From the IMG/VR virus record IMGVR_UViG_647533158_000007: a DNA stretch of 40,699 bases, one strand, 5' to 3'. A program made the translations under genes and the position numbers. Shown in pieces: positions 10,075-21,234 of this stretch. This DNA comes from a virus. Its lineage: Duplodnaviria > Heunggongvirae > Uroviricota > Caudoviricetes. How positions within the stretch are numbered: position 1 is the stretch's first letter; each line of letters begins with the position of its first letter. Below the pieces are notes generated by a model. That model ran no database searches. It saw only the letters and a program-made list of their open reading frames with translations, and was not told where the DNA came from.

Positions 10075-10922
10075 TACTGCTCCGCGATTATCTTGATGGT
10101 TGTGGCAGTAAACGCCGCACCATTTGACTGAATAGTTAACGTACTGCCATTTGTGGCAAGAAAGCCGTCTTTATCCACGCTGAAGAACGTAGCTAACAGG
10201 ATGTTGTCGGTTGTTGTCGCCGCATTACGACTGCTGACCAGTGTGTCAGGAACAGAGCCGGAAAATGTTAGCTGCATTGACCTGTTGGCGGTTCCGCTGG
10301 GCCACGTCCCGACGATCGACAGCTTGAAGAACAAGGTTTTGTTCTCGTTGAACACAACCATCTTGTTGTTAACGGTGTCGAAGAATGGTGCCAACGTCCC
10401 GGATGACGGCGTGAGCGTTTTCAGCAGGCTAACAAGGTTGGTCGGCGCTGTCGGGATGGTTACTGATACGCCAGAGTAAACAACCTCTGACTTCTTGCGT
10501 GTGGTTGCATACTCCAGAGCATCAATGCGCGTTTCATGGTCTGAAACCTGCGACTCCAGCGACTGAACTCTGGTATCAAGAGACGCAATATCGCTTTCAT
10601 TCTGAGCGATTCGCGTTTCATGTTCCTGAAGAGTTGATTCTGCCTGGCTGATTCGCTCCTCATGATTAACAAGCGTTGCTTCCGCAGCAGAAATTCGCTG
10701 CTCATGGTCAGCGAGAATCACATCCTGCTCATCGTTCCTGACTTGTGCGTCATAAGCGCCCTGTCCGGCCTCGTTGGCCTTGTTCGCCACATTACCAACA
10801 TCAGTGCCCTGTGCGATAACGTAAAGCAGATACGACTGCGAGAAGATATTGCGTGGAAGGACTGATGTGTCGAGCCGTGTGGCCTGAATGATTACCGGCA
10901 CATTGAGATTCGAATCCGCCAT
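10074..10922 (-). CDS. Tail needle protein (gp26-like) with C-terminal knob domain
   Basis: 282 aa; N-terminus [43 protein letters not shown] matches recalled P22 gp26 N-terminus; heptad coiled-coil region; ~100 extra C-terminal residues compared with the 233-aa P22 needle. Confidence 0.85.
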   Translation of the reverse strand: MADSNLNVPVIIQATRLDTSVLPRNIFSQSYLLYVIAQGTDVGNVANKANEAGQGAYDAQVRNDEQDVILADHEQRISAAEATLVNHEERISQAESTLQEHETRIAQNESDIASLDTRVQSLESQVSDHETRIDALEYATTRKKSEVVYSGVSVTIPTAPTNLVSLLKTLTPSSGTLAPFFDTVNNKMVVFNENKTLFFKLSIVGTWPSGTANRSMQLTFSGSVPDTLVSSRNAATTTDNILLATFFSVDKDGFLATNGSTLTIQSNGAAFTATTIKIIAEQ

Positions 10923-12340
10923 TACTCAATCCTTATCTGAGCGCCAGACAGAGTGACAGGTGACTTCGTGATAACGCGCAATTTGAAGCCAACATTTTTC
11001 CTGATTCGCCCGACACGCTTCCACAAAACGCGCTTGTCGTAAACGAACGGTTCATTCTGCTCAATCATCTGCTCACGACCGTAATTTATGCCGTCAGTGG
11101 TTGCAGAGAGGAACAGGCGGTCAGCATACTGCGCAATGCCAGTTGAAGATTCAACTTCAAGGTCGAAAACTCTGGCGTTATCCGCTTTGAACAACGGAGT
11201 AAACAGCAGGTGTTCCTGTTGCTTGTCGTACTGGCTGCTGATATCGAATTGCAATTTCCCGGTCACGGACTCCAGCTTATCGCCGCACGTTATTTGATTG
11301 CCTTCGTAAATGAAGTCGATAGCGCGGTACACATCGTCATACAGGCCTGTTTTCAGTACACACCATTGCGGACCATTGGCACTTGAAGATGCGTCGTATA
11401 CGAGGACATGGCGCGGAAGATGGATAATCAGCAGCTCATGCGCATCAAATCGCAGCGATTCCATCACGCCATCAGCCAGTTCATCAGCAGTGTAGGAGCG
11501 GAGGATTTTCTCAATGCTCGCGCTGGCGATTGGTGACACCTGACCGGAGCCGATGATGTATACAGACGGCGCACCTGTTGCCGGATTGCTGATGAACGCA
11601 TAAGAATCAGCGAATGGCGTTTTGCAGTAAGTCCCAGCAATGCCTTTCTGCACCATCAGCGATGGCTGTGCGACATACAGAGCAGCCCCAACAGTGGTTG
11701 CACCAGTCAGGGAGAAATATTCAATCGTCGACGAACCAAAGCAGACTATGAAGTCTCGCCATGTACCGATGCCGATGATTCCGTCAGGCTGAGACTCTGC
11801 GCGATATTGTGCGCTGTAGCGGTCAGGATGCGATTCGTCTTCAAGGTCAGTGATAAACCATGAATCAGTGCCGTCTTTTGACCACGCATAACGCCCACGT
11901 AAACGAGTAATGTCGCGAACCGAACCTAACTCATACTGCGTGAATCCGCTGTCTGTAGGCCAGTTTGAGACGGTTTTAACCGTGCCATCATAGCGGTATT
12001 CGACCAGTTGCCCGTTAACACCTACCGCCTGTGATGTCCGACCATGTGCCATTGATACGCGACCACTTCCGGCAACATCACCGACTTCACTTTCGCCTTT
12101 GTACAGCTTGCCACCACACACGCGATAAACAGCATTCTGCGCCATGTTGTACTCGACGCCGCGCGATACGCCGTTCACATCAGAACGTTTGGCAATGCCC
12201 GGGAATGAGCGAAGATATCCGCTGCTGTTCAGGATTTCTTTGGGTGTAGCCAACATATTCGCTGGCAGATAGTCGATATAGTCGGCGTTTCGGAAATCTT
12301 TGCCGACACCTTTCATAAGCGGAAGTTGCTGAATCGGCAT
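10922..12340 (-). CDS. Tail hub / head-completion protein (P22 gp10-like)
   Basis: 472 aa, same length as P22 gp10; synteny gp4-gp10-gp26. Confidence 0.75.
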   Translation of the reverse strand: MPIQQLPLMKGVGKDFRNADYIDYLPANMLATPKEILNSSGYLRSFPGIAKRSDVNGVSRGVEYNMAQNAVYRVCGGKLYKGESEVGDVAGSGRVSMAHGRTSQAVGVNGQLVEYRYDGTVKTVSNWPTDSGFTQYELGSVRDITRLRGRYAWSKDGTDSWFITDLEDESHPDRYSAQYRAESQPDGIIGIGTWRDFIVCFGSSTIEYFSLTGATTVGAALYVAQPSLMVQKGIAGTYCKTPFADSYAFISNPATGAPSVYIIGSGQVSPIASASIEKILRSYTADELADGVMESLRFDAHELLIIHLPRHVLVYDASSSANGPQWCVLKTGLYDDVYRAIDFIYEGNQITCGDKLESVTGKLQFDISSQYDKQQEHLLFTPLFKADNARVFDLEVESSTGIAQYADRLFLSATTDGINYGREQMIEQNEPFVYDKRVLWKRVGRIRKNVGFKLRVITKSPVTLSGAQIRIE

Positions 12341-12349
12341 TTATTCACC

Positions 12350-12811
12350 TCACGTACTCGGATCATCTTTCTCGATGTAAAACCGATTCCACGTAAACGC
12401 GCTTTTGTTACCACTACCGCGAGGCATGTCATTTCGCCGCTCAAGTGGTGGTATTTTGGTTAAAGCGATGCAAATTGTCTGGTATGCACTGTCAGCAGCG
12501 GTAAGGAGAGCGTCTGACGGCTGAATGACGTTATCCATGCACACTTGCACAGCGAGTTTCAAGGCGACGCCATCATTTGCCCATGCAGGGATACCTGAAT
12601 CATCGTCAGGTAACGGCATGATGCCGTTTTCTGTATCAGCAAACTGATATCCAAGCTCGATACCTTTAGCCTGCCATGCTGCCATCATGTCTTCGAGGTC
12701 ATTAATGGCATCTTCAATTGCCTGAGGGTCAGCATCTGTCAACGTGGCATTGGAATACAGCCCGGCTTTTCGTAAAGCCTTAAGAACGAGATCACCCTTC
12801 GTTTTCGCCAT
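12350..12811 (-). CDS. Head-completion / tail adaptor protein (P22 gp4-like)
   Basis: 153 aa; synteny downstream of coat gene. Confidence 0.75.
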   Translation of the reverse strand: MAKTKGDLVLKALRKAGLYSNATLTDADPQAIEDAINDLEDMMAAWQAKGIELGYQFADTENGIMPLPDDDSGIPAWANDGVALKLAVQVCMDNVIQPSDALLTAADSAYQTICIALTKIPPLERRNDMPRGSGNKSAFTWNRFYIEKDDPST

Positions 12812-12980
12812 CTTCTTCCGCCTTAGCCACTTTATGCTTCGTTGCGGTTTCTTCAGGAGTTTTTACCCAGCCTTTTTCCAGGTGAGATTTAACTTCTTCG
12901 TCATCAACAATGATGTAATCGACAGCAAACTGACCACAGGTGATCATGTTGCCCGGCTTATAGAGCATTGTTCGTGCCAT
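12792..12980 (-). CDS. Small hypothetical protein between coat and gp4 (start chosen at internal Met with GGGAGA RBS)
   Basis: 62 aa from ATG at 12980 preceded by gggagaagaca; acidic C-terminus; overlaps gp4 start by 20 nt. Confidence 0.35.
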   Translation of the reverse strand: MARTMLYKPGNMITCGQFAVDYIIVDDEEVKSHLEKGWVKTPEETATKHKVAKAEEDGENEG

Positions 12981-12992
12981 TGTCTTCTCCCA

Positions 12993-13014
12993 ATAAAAAT
13001 GGGGCCGAAGCCCC
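12993..13014 (-). terminator. Intrinsic terminator-like hairpin downstream of coat gene
   Basis: On minus strand ggggc-uucg-gcccc (UUCG tetraloop) followed by AUUUUUAUU. Confidence 0.55.
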
Positions 13015-13021
13015 ACCAAAA

Positions 13022-14275
13022 TTACTGCCCGGCAATAACGATGCCCGTATATTCAGGAACAAGTACAGAGCAACCGTACAGAGTGGTGAAACGAGCAGTG
13101 GTTACGCCTTTGATGTGGTCGAAGGCGTAAGACATGATCAGCGTAGCGCCCTGCTCGGTGGTTGCTGTCATTACCTGTGGACCCTGACCAGTCGGGAACG
13201 CCAGTTTGCCGTACATCAGCTCAACAGAACCATCAGCCCAGAACAGGTTAGCCGGTGCGGCATTTTTGTTGAGAATGGTAATTGCTGCACCATTTGCCGC
13301 GTTAGCATCAACGTTTGCATATGGTCGGCTGGCGACATCCGCGTTGTCAGGCGGCAGAATTTTCGGGGAGATAGTTACTGTCGTTCCGCTTACTGCCAGA
13401 ACGCGGAATACCTGCGGCTGACCGGTGGTATCTTTGGTGATCTGGTGTACGGAATTCACGCCAGCAATGGTGAACGCATCGCCAACCTGCAAACCAGATG
13501 CAGATACCGTAATGGTTCCCTGTCGGTTATCCACTGGCATATCGTTGGCATCTTTCGCTTCAACCTTGTGCGCAGGTTCAGCCGCCAGCGTCAGGGAAGT
13601 TGCTGTACCCTTCGGAACACGACCAGAAATATCGGTCTTGTAGCTATCGAAGGACGCAACCGGAGGGATCTGCGCTTTTTCGTATGCTGTCAGGGTTGCG
13701 CCCTGAGCATAGGCACGGTGACCAAGCTCGCCAGCAAGGTCTTTGTAGTTGAAGGGGTTCCAGAAAGAGCGGCGGTTGATACCCTGTGGTACACCAATCG
13801 CCGTCATGGTGGCATCAATACCTGCCGCACAGTTCCACAAATCACGGCCCTGTGAACCAGTGGTTGAGTCAGCCATTGTGATCACGTTAGTAGCACGCTG
13901 CGTGACCATGGAAATCAGGTCAGAGTCAATCTGTGCAGCAAGGCGCATACCTGCGGCGCGACCAGCTTCAGTTTTATGTTCCGGGTCACGCATTTCACGC
14001 GCATCCAGAGTGTACAGAATGTTTTTCGGCTCCTTGAACACTGAAGGAACAAGGCGCTGAACCAGTGCTGTTGGCGTTTTGCTGCTGAGATCGAGGCCTT
14101 CCTCAATGTTCATGTGGTAATGCTGCGGACGATACAGAACATCACCTGCTCGCTGCATTGCTGTATCACCGGGACGGAATTTTTTAGCGTTACGGGAAAC
14201 TACGCAGGCGGCCTCAAAGCCTTCAACGTAGTTTTCGAACATGATTTCAAGGTCTTTTGCTAATTGGTTAGCCAT
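13022..14275 (-). CDS. Major capsid (coat) protein, P22 gp5-like
   Basis: 417 aa; position between scaffold and gp4; strong terminator downstream; assignment by synteny and size. Confidence 0.75.
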   Translation of the reverse strand: MANQLAKDLEIMFENYVEGFEAACVVSRNAKKFRPGDTAMQRAGDVLYRPQHYHMNIEEGLDLSSKTPTALVQRLVPSVFKEPKNILYTLDAREMRDPEHKTEAGRAAGMRLAAQIDSDLISMVTQRATNVITMADSTTGSQGRDLWNCAAGIDATMTAIGVPQGINRRSFWNPFNYKDLAGELGHRAYAQGATLTAYEKAQIPPVASFDSYKTDISGRVPKGTATSLTLAAEPAHKVEAKDANDMPVDNRQGTITVSASGLQVGDAFTIAGVNSVHQITKDTTGQPQVFRVLAVSGTTVTISPKILPPDNADVASRPYANVDANAANGAAITILNKNAAPANLFWADGSVELMYGKLAFPTGQGPQVMTATTEQGATLIMSYAFDHIKGVTTARFTTLYGCSVLVPEYTGIVIAGQ

Positions 14276-14293
14276 GCTTAATGCTCCGATAGG

Positions 14294-15187
14294 TTATTTT
14301 TTTGCCTTTTTAGCGGCGAAATACGGCGTCCAGTCACCAGTTTCCAGCGCCTTGGCTTTCAGTTTGTCGAGGTTATTGATTACTGCGCCGTTGCTCCCCT
14401 TAACTGTCGGGGTTGTGGCTGCCGTGGTTTTTGCTTTTGGCATGATTCTGGCCTTCGATTCGATACGTTCCAGCAGACGACCAATTGCTACGGGGTTGGT
14501 AGCTTCTGCCAGTTGCTTGCGCAGTTCAGCGTTGCGACCGAGCGCCAGAACAACGATTTCCGGCTTCTCTGACTCAAACAGGATCGCGTTTTGTGTCTCG
14601 ATGGGAATTTCCTCGAGTACGGCCTGCTCAGCTTCCTGATAGCCAGGAACTTTGATAGCCTTAACACGTTGCTGATATTTGGATAATCGCTCTTGATAGG
14701 CAGCCTGAAGCTCCTGCTCCTTCTGCTTGCGAGCCATCTCCTGTTGCTGGTACTTGCCGTTATCCTCTGCCCACTTAGCCATGCGTTGCTGGTAGATTTC
14801 TTCATCGAAACCGATGTCCTCATCATCCAGTTTTGGCATTCGCGGTGGTTGAGTGATTACCGGCTGCTGCTCGACGGGTTTCTGAGACTGACGCATCAGC
14901 TCTTTCAGCTCGCGGTCCTTCTCTTTAATCGTCTTGCGCAGGTGTTTTACCAGTCCATGCTCTGCGCCATCTTCGCTGGTTGGCGAATCCAGCTTTTCGT
15001 CACCAAAGTAGAATTCCTGTTCTGATTCGTCGTCATCAGTTTCAGTAGCTTCCTCTGCATCATTTCCGGAGGGCTTACTGCCATCTTCTGTTTCGACTTC
15101 TTCAGCCAGCTCGACATCATCAGGAATCTGCTCTGATGTATCGGTTTCGATTTCAACTTCTGGTGTGTTTTCTGCCATCTGGTCCAT
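14294..15187 (-). CDS. Scaffolding protein (P22 gp8-like)
   Basis: 297 aa; highly acidic N-terminus, extended coiled-coil-like charged repeats, basic C-terminus; between portal and coat. Confidence 0.75.
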   Translation of the reverse strand: MDQMAENTPEVEIETDTSEQIPDDVELAEEVETEDGSKPSGNDAEEATETDDDESEQEFYFGDEKLDSPTSEDGAEHGLVKHLRKTIKEKDRELKELMRQSQKPVEQQPVITQPPRMPKLDDEDIGFDEEIYQQRMAKWAEDNGKYQQQEMARKQKEQELQAAYQERLSKYQQRVKAIKVPGYQEAEQAVLEEIPIETQNAILFESEKPEIVVLALGRNAELRKQLAEATNPVAIGRLLERIESKARIMPKAKTTAATTPTVKGSNGAVINNLDKLKAKALETGDWTPYFAAKKAKK

Positions 15188-15277
15188 TTGTTACCCCTGT
15201 TTACTCGATGTTCAGCCCATCGGAAGGCAATAGGGTGCCAGGCCTCATAAAGACAGCCATTGCACGTTATGGGTTAA

Positions 15278-17476
15278 TTACTGCAGTGGTTGTTGCTGAG
15301 TTGATTTTTTCAGGATGCTGCTGATGTCCATGCGCTGCGCATGGCCCTGTGCCTGACTTTTCAGGACAAGCTCTGCATCAGCACGGGCATTATCTCCTTG
15401 CTGTTGCTGGAACTGTCCGAGCAGTTTCAGAGCCTCGCGGATATCAGATTTCTGCTGACTATCGGCAGATGCGAGTATTTTCACAACATTTGCCGCTGCA
15501 ACCTGAGCATCAGTCTGTGCCTGGAATGCTTTAACCTGAATGGCTGCCTGTTCGTTCTGCGCTTTCTGCAATTCAGCCTGACCAGCAAGAAGCTGACCTT
15601 GCGCAGCAACCATAGCCGGATCTGGCTGACTGGCCTGTTGTTGTTTCGCCTGCTCAACCATCTGCTGTTCTTCTGGTGTTCTCGGCTTGATAACACCAGA
15701 CAGAAGCAACTGATTGCGGTTGTATTCTTTAAGGTCGTCCATCCCTTCGCCGTCCATATTGTCGAGAATCATCGACGATACAAGGTCGTGCTTCGGCGTT
15801 CCTGGTGGGATAAGTGCCAGCATGGAAAGTAACGACTTAACCGTTGCATCACGGCGAGTAGCGAACGACTGACCGACATCGACAGTCACTTCATAGTTAC
15901 CCTGCGAAAGGTCGTTAAGCGCGATAACCTGCCCTGTCTGACGGTCAACCACTTCACCAGTCATCAGCGCCACGTCATCGCTGCCATCCTCATTAACGAT
16001 GCGCATCGGCGTATCACTGCCATAGACTTCACGAGCCATAGAAAGCCACACAACGCCAGCGCGACGCATGGATTTAGCCATGTTGTCCATGTAGATATAG
16101 GACTGCGTGTCCATCCGGTTAAAGATGCTATCAACGGTATCGGTGGCGACGTTGCTCGGCATGTTCTCAAGCTGCGACGCACCTGTAATTTGCTGAATAG
16201 CCGTTCCGGTGTACTGCAACAGCCCGGCAAGAGCTGGAGGCATTTGTGTCGGAGGCGTATAACTGCTGACCTGAGCCTGCGCAGTAATATCTCCGTTTTT
16301 GTTTTTCAGACTGACCATCGGCAGGAACGCCGGGCGCTTTTTGTTGCGCTCCGCCCAATGAGTGGCAAGAGGACCAGGAATCATGTCAACATCAACTACA
16401 GGAATGCCATCACCGCCAGCCTGAGTAGCGTTATCTGCAATCATGGAAACCATCAGGTTCTCAAGACGCTGTGCATCCATCGCTTTTGCTGCGTGGCCTT
16501 CGATTCGCTCCTGATTATCAACAAATGAGCGACGCCCATATACCGGGATGAGAGGAATATGTTCACCCGGAATACGCTTCGGTTCTTCCAGCCATTCAGC
16601 GCCAGACAGAAGACCGCAATAAACGCGGCGCTTCTTCACCGTTCGCTCGCCAATCAGTTCGAATGCACCATCGGTCAGCTCGTCGACAATATCTTTGATT
16701 TGCTCTTCATCATAGATTGCCGTTTCTCCGCTAACAGGGTTGCGCCACGCCGTGAGCTTCACCTTCTCTATGCGAACTTCGTAGTAGCGACCAACATAGA
16801 TGGCATCTGGCGTTGACCAGTCATATTGAGTGCCAGTGTCATCACGAGAAAGACTTGCAGCGATGGAATCAGGGTATTCAGCTTCGAACGCTTTTGGCGT
16901 CATGGAGAACATTTCCATAGCCCACATAGCATCAGAGCGGTCATATTGCTTGCTGTCCTGATCGAAGAAGACGCATGTCGCTGGGTCGTAAACCGGGAGA
17001 AGGCTGATGCGGCGCTGCTCGTTACTCGGATCCATTTCATCTTCGTAATCGGCACACATGCGGAAACAACCGAATCCGCCCGTTACAGCATCATCAAATG
17101 CGTTATCACACGCTTCGCCACCGGATGTTTCCTGATAGTCAGCGCGGAATTTGCCGTTCATCTTTTCGGCTAACGCTTCCGATGCCTTGTCGTCCTTCGG
17201 CCTGAATTTAACGCTGATGCGATTCTGTCGATACTCGCCAATGATGCGATCACATTCACGGGCAATCTTATTCAGTTCAAAGCGCGGGTAATGCTCAAAC
17301 CTGCCTTCATCAAATGAGTAACCAGCGTTTGTGCTGCCTTCCCACTGTGCGCCTGACACCCGGACGAAACGTTGAGCCTCAATAATCTGATCACGCATAT
17401 CCTGCGTTGCTGACCAGGCATTATCAAAGTTGCACAGCACCTTGCGATGCCAGTCAGTCATCTTTTTTTCTGCCAT
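15278..17476 (-). CDS. Portal protein (P22 gp1-like) with Gln-rich C-terminal barrel region
   Basis: 732 aa; immediately downstream of large terminase; C-terminal Q/A-rich helix typical of P22-type portal barrel. Confidence 0.85.
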   Translation of the reverse strand: MAEKKMTDWHRKVLCNFDNAWSATQDMRDQIIEAQRFVRVSGAQWEGSTNAGYSFDEGRFEHYPRFELNKIARECDRIIGEYRQNRISVKFRPKDDKASEALAEKMNGKFRADYQETSGGEACDNAFDDAVTGGFGCFRMCADYEDEMDPSNEQRRISLLPVYDPATCVFFDQDSKQYDRSDAMWAMEMFSMTPKAFEAEYPDSIAASLSRDDTGTQYDWSTPDAIYVGRYYEVRIEKVKLTAWRNPVSGETAIYDEEQIKDIVDELTDGAFELIGERTVKKRRVYCGLLSGAEWLEEPKRIPGEHIPLIPVYGRRSFVDNQERIEGHAAKAMDAQRLENLMVSMIADNATQAGGDGIPVVDVDMIPGPLATHWAERNKKRPAFLPMVSLKNKNGDITAQAQVSSYTPPTQMPPALAGLLQYTGTAIQQITGASQLENMPSNVATDTVDSIFNRMDTQSYIYMDNMAKSMRRAGVVWLSMAREVYGSDTPMRIVNEDGSDDVALMTGEVVDRQTGQVIALNDLSQGNYEVTVDVGQSFATRRDATVKSLLSMLALIPPGTPKHDLVSSMILDNMDGEGMDDLKEYNRNQLLLSGVIKPRTPEEQQMVEQAKQQQASQPDPAMVAAQGQLLAGQAELQKAQNEQAAIQVKAFQAQTDAQVAAANVVKILASADSQQKSDIREALKLLGQFQQQQGDNARADAELVLKSQAQGHAQRMDISSILKKSTQQQPLQ

Positions 17477-17477
17477 A

Positions 17478-18893
17478 TCAACCTACACCACAAGGAATTG
17501 AGTAACTGGAATAGTCGGGTTGCGCAGCCGACTCCGGGCAATGCATACACATCATCAGCGCATCAGCCAGGTTAGGAGATGGAATACCGAGCTTCTGCTT
17601 CATTTCGACCTTAGTCATAAGCTCCAGCTTCCCGTTGTTATTGAATTTGCGCTGAATCTGCGTCAGTTCTGCAAACAGCTTCTCCAGCATCTTCTCGCCT
17701 ATTGCTTCTTTGTCGAAACTCAGCATGTCGTCGGGGTCTGCATACTCACCGTGGACAACCGCCCGATATGTCAGATACAGCCTGTCAGCCAGCGCGTAAT
17801 AGAATTGCGCTCGCTTATTGCGGAATACATCGCCAATAGTACGAACGTTGTCACCCTGTACGACTTCATCAGCCCATGCTCCGGCCTGATACGGTGCATC
17901 TTCATCAAATGGCGATTCGCTTCCCTTGAACATCGTGGCGGTGATTTTCTTGCCGGAGAACGCTTCCGTTGTCTGTCTGCGTAGCCCTGCACCGACACCA
18001 TCACCATCCCACAGGTAGTGGTCAGCGCCGTCTTCAATCGCCAGAGAAGTAGCCCAGTCAGCACCCTCGTTGATGTCCATCAGCAGGCCTTCGGCAATGC
18101 GTTTAACTACCGAACCGTGGCGCGATGCATAACCTTTAGCATCCGGTCCTGTATCTGACGGGTCATGCGCAGAGACAACAGCGCCTTTCGCTTTCCATCC
18201 GAGTTTCTTGTGCGCATCGGTTGCGGCTTCAAGCCATTCACGTTTGATGATTGCCATATCACTTGCGCTTACTGGTTCACCAAGCCAGATGTGACGATAC
18301 AGTGTCGGATTTCTGCGTTTACACTCTTCCATCTCCAGACGGAGAACTTCAGGAAAGTGCGGGTTGTCGGTGTAGTTCACCGTCAGCAGACAAATATCAT
18401 CAGGAGGATTTACGACGAATCGCTGATAGGTATCGTCGAGGATGTTCTTCGGGTTAAAGCTCACCCATATTTCAGAGAACGGCTTACGGATGGTTGGTAT
18501 CAGGATATCCCATGATTCCTTCGTTACCGCCTCCGCTTCTTCCACCCAGCAGATATCAATACCTTCGAGCGATTTAATCTTTGTCGGGTTGTTTTTGATG
18601 CCGTAGAACATGAATTCGGCATTCGTTCCGAGATGACGAATCATGGAACGCTGAATTTCAAACTCAGCCGAATACCCTTCCCGCTCTATGGTGTCTTCAA
18701 GCAACCGGATTACCGAATCGCTGATACTGTTTTGCAGTTCACGAGCACAGAGGATGCGCACAGGCTGCCGACGCGCCGCTTCAACAAGCAGCCTCGCAAT
18801 TGCCCATGACTTACCGCTACCTCGACCGCCTTTGGCGACTTTGTAGCGATGCGCCTCAATGAACGGTTCAAAGATAGGATTAATCGAGGTCAT
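17478..18893 (-). CDS. Terminase large subunit
   Basis: 471 aa; N-terminal Walker A KGGRGSGKS; overlaps small terminase stop. Confidence 0.9.
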   Translation of the reverse strand: MTSINPIFEPFIEAHRYKVAKGGRGSGKSWAIARLLVEAARRQPVRILCARELQNSISDSVIRLLEDTIEREGYSAEFEIQRSMIRHLGTNAEFMFYGIKNNPTKIKSLEGIDICWVEEAEAVTKESWDILIPTIRKPFSEIWVSFNPKNILDDTYQRFVVNPPDDICLLTVNYTDNPHFPEVLRLEMEECKRRNPTLYRHIWLGEPVSASDMAIIKREWLEAATDAHKKLGWKAKGAVVSAHDPSDTGPDAKGYASRHGSVVKRIAEGLLMDINEGADWATSLAIEDGADHYLWDGDGVGAGLRRQTTEAFSGKKITATMFKGSESPFDEDAPYQAGAWADEVVQGDNVRTIGDVFRNKRAQFYYALADRLYLTYRAVVHGEYADPDDMLSFDKEAIGEKMLEKLFAELTQIQRKFNNNGKLELMTKVEMKQKLGIPSPNLADALMMCMHCPESAAQPDYSSYSIPCGVG

Positions 18894-19330
18894 TTTCCGA
18901 ACAGAGTGCTCATCGGTGATGTTTCAATCTGGATTGCGCCGCCGTCTTTGCCTGTTAGCTCGTGATCAACCTTGTCGCGCCATTTATCCTTCTGTCTGTT
19001 CTTAAGCCAGAAGATGGCAGCTGTTGTATCAGGCGGGTAATACTTCTCAAGCGGAGTTTCGACAATTCTATTTTCAATAACACGAATATCGATGTCTGGA
19101 GCCACGAAGCCCATAGCGCGTTGATAAAGACGGTCACTAACTTCTGCATCAGCGACGGCCTTACCCTTTTTTATGGACTCCGAAAACTTAGGATAATCAA
19201 GCTTCCACTTGTTAATAGTTGACTCACTGACTTCAAAGAAATCAGCAAGTTCTGCATCGGTGTAGCCCAGCAAGCACAGTTTGCGTGCCTGTTCGGCATA
19301 CGCCTCTTGATACTTTGTTGGGCGCGCCAT
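18890..19330 (-). CDS. Terminase small subunit
   Basis: 146 aa; C-terminal KDGGAIQIETSPMSTLFGK matches recalled Sf6-type small terminase C-terminus; N-terminal HTH-like region. Confidence 0.8.
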   Translation of the reverse strand: MARPTKYQEAYAEQARKLCLLGYTDAELADFFEVSESTINKWKLDYPKFSESIKKGKAVADAEVSDRLYQRAMGFVAPDIDIRVIENRIVETPLEKYYPPDTTAAIFWLKNRQKDKWRDKVDHELTGKDGGAIQIETSPMSTLFGK

Positions 19331-19332
19331 GT

Positions 19333-19575
19333 TTATGCTCCGGTAGTGAACAGGTCTAACGCTTCCTTCGATTTACGCACCGCTTCGATAGTGCGGGTCG
19401 TGATATCTGAATTAGCGCCGCCTGACTGGAAGTGAATTTTGAATAGCTCAAGCTTCAGCTCGTCAGTGCCAATGAACTGAAATGCTTCCTCTGCGGCTGC
19501 GTTCTGGTTCATGACCAGTTTGTAAATCTCTAACTGGAATTTCTGTTCTTCAGTCATGGGAATAATCTCTGCCAT
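19333..19575 (-). CDS. Hypothetical protein upstream of small terminase
   Basis: 80 aa; stop 2 nt before terS start. Confidence 0.4.
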   Translation of the reverse strand: MAEIIPMTEEQKFQLEIYKLVMNQNAAAEEAFQFIGTDELKLELFKIHFQSGGANSDITTRTIEAVRKSKEALDLFTTGA

Positions 19576-20266
19576 TGTTGGCTCCGTTTATCCGTTAAAA
19601 GGGATATCAGTTAAGTTATCCCGTGTAGGGTATAAGCCATTATCAAAGCCACTCTGTAGGGAATGGCTTTTGTGATGGCAATAAAAAAGGCCGCCTGAGC
19701 GACCTGTTAGTTGTTCACAACTTCCATTGAAGGTCCAGCATGTCGAAAAATGATCCGCATTTAGGGGGATTTTCCATTCTTGCCCTCTCTTCAGCCGCTT
19801 TGTAATAAGCCATTGGCCTTTTCACACCATCAGCACCAGTGATGTATTCAACGCCTTCCTTCGGATCTTTGTTCACGGAAACCATCGCAACCTCTTCCAC
19901 TTGTTTATCATCGATTCAGCGGATGTCTTTCCATCAGTCCGCCACCACAAAGAATCTTTTTTGCCATAAGGCTGGAGGTTCATCTTTCAGTGGCTGCCAG
20001 TGTTATTTCCCCACTTACTGGCTTGGGTTGTTTCGCTGTACTGCCGTAACTGGTTTCCCAGAATAAATTCCGGTTTCATTATCAAGCCCACCCGTAGATA
20101 GGCTTTGTAATGAACTGGCTCTTATCTCAACGCAGCCCCTTACCGCGCGCCAGATGCTCAACTTCAAGCATCAGCAATGAGATGTTTAATCTGGATTCAC
20201 TCCAGAAGTGATCACCACCCTGTCTACAGAGCCAGATGTGAAGGATGATGAGTAAAATTATCGCTA

Positions 20267-20734
20267 TCATCGAAGGCATTGCGTCCTGATGTATTCCTGA
20301 AGCGTTCTCAGTGCTGTTTGGTCGCGGATAATCCCGTCCCGGATATCGAGAACGTTTCGTCCAGCAACTGGAGAGAGTTCGACGGTGGCATCATTGCCCA
20401 TGCCGGAGGTGCGGGAGGTTTCGGTTGAGGCTGGTACTTGACACTTTCCTTTGACGAGCACCCTGCCACCATTATCAAGCTTGCGCCGAAGAGCATCATT
20501 TTCAGCTTTCGCATCAGCTAACTCCTTCGTGTATTTAGCATCGAGTGCATCAGCAGCACGCTGGCGCTGCTGCATGTCAGTAATGGTGGCAGTCGCCTGC
20601 TTCAGCTCACTGACTTTTTTATCGCGCTGGTCTTTGTAGGCGATGGCGTTATCACGGTAATGATTAACAGCCCATGACAGGCAGACGATGATGCAGATAA
20701 CCAGAGCGGAGATAATCGCGGTTACCCTGCTCAT
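20267..20734 (-). CDS. Rz: Spanin inner-membrane subunit (Rz)
   Basis: Likely start at Met5 (ATG 20734 overlapping endolysin stop as ATGA); [31 protein letters not shown] resembles recalled lambda Rz; N-terminal TM then coiled coil. Confidence 0.85.
   Translation of the reverse strand: MSRVTAIISALVICIIVCLSWAVNHYRDNAIAYKDQRDKKVSELKQATATITDMQQRQRAADALDAKYTKELADAKAENDALRRKLDNGGRVLVKGKCQVPASTETSRTSGMGNDATVELSPVAGRNVLDIRDGIIRDQTALRTLQEYIRTQCLR
20308..20514 (-). CDS. Rz1: Spanin outer-membrane lipoprotein subunit (Rz1), embedded in Rz in a different frame
   Basis: 68 aa; [21 protein letters not shown] lipobox with Cys; proline-rich [11 protein letters not shown]; entirely nested in Rz. Confidence 0.8.
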   Translation of the reverse strand: MRKLKMMLFGASLIMVAGCSSKESVKYQPQPKPPAPPAWAMMPPSNSLQLLDETFSISGTGLSATKQH

Positions 20735-21234
20735 TGCTGCCCCCACAAACAGACTTCACGCTCAATATCACGACGGGTCATCAGCCCTTTCCATTGCTTA
20801 CCGCCAGCGTATGTCCAGCGACGTAGCTGGTCACATGCGCCTTTGATATCACCCTGGTTTATTTTGCGAAGAAGCGTCGATGTTCTGAAATTGCCAGCCC
20901 CCACGTTGTAGACGAACGAGTAAAGAGCGCCGCGCGTTGTTTCCGGTATATCGACTTTGATGTACGGGTTAATTTGTCTGGCGACCGTGGCAAGGTCTTT
21001 ATTCAGGAGAGCTTTGCATTCTGCTTCGGTATACGTTTTACCGAGCATGATGTCTTTTCCTGTATGCCCGTAACATACAGTCCATACACCAACTATGTCT
21101 TTGTAAGGATTATGTCTCACACCTTCCAGACCATCGTTACCACTTGGGCCAGTGATTAACACAGATGCTATAGCAATAGCCCCGCCACTTATCGCCGCTA
21201 TTACGCTATTTCGTAGTGCCGGTGACATTGCCAT
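20731..21234 (-). CDS. R: SAR endolysin (phage 21 R-like lysozyme)
   Basis: 167 aa; N-terminal Gly/Ala-rich weakly hydrophobic signal-arrest-release segment [27 protein letters not shown]; strong recalled similarity to P21 R. Confidence 0.88.
   Translation of the reverse strand: MAMSPALRNSVIAAISGGAIAIASVLITGPSGNDGLEGVRHNPYKDIVGVWTVCYGHTGKDIMLGKTYTEAECKALLNKDLATVARQINPYIKVDIPETTRGALYSFVYNVGAGNFRTSTLLRKINQGDIKGACDQLRRWTYAGGKQWKGLMTRRDIEREVCLWGQQ

Noticed and set aside
12968-13855. 295-aa plus-strand ORF and several smaller ones (13206-13421, 13425-13643, 13749-14060)
   Set aside because: Antisense to the coat gene in a GC-rich, stop-poor region; the coat frame is supported by synteny and a downstream terminator.
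15341-17173. Multiple plus-strand ORFs (for example 15341-15832, 16190-16528, 16826-17173)
   Set aside because: All lie inside and antisense to the portal gene; Cys- and Leu-rich low-complexity translations typical of shadow ORFs.
19576-19714. Possible tRNA or small RNA gene suggested by two hairpins
   Set aside because: No cloverleaf could be assembled by eye (no paired acceptor stem or T-loop GTTC-type motif); kept only as a low-interest observation.
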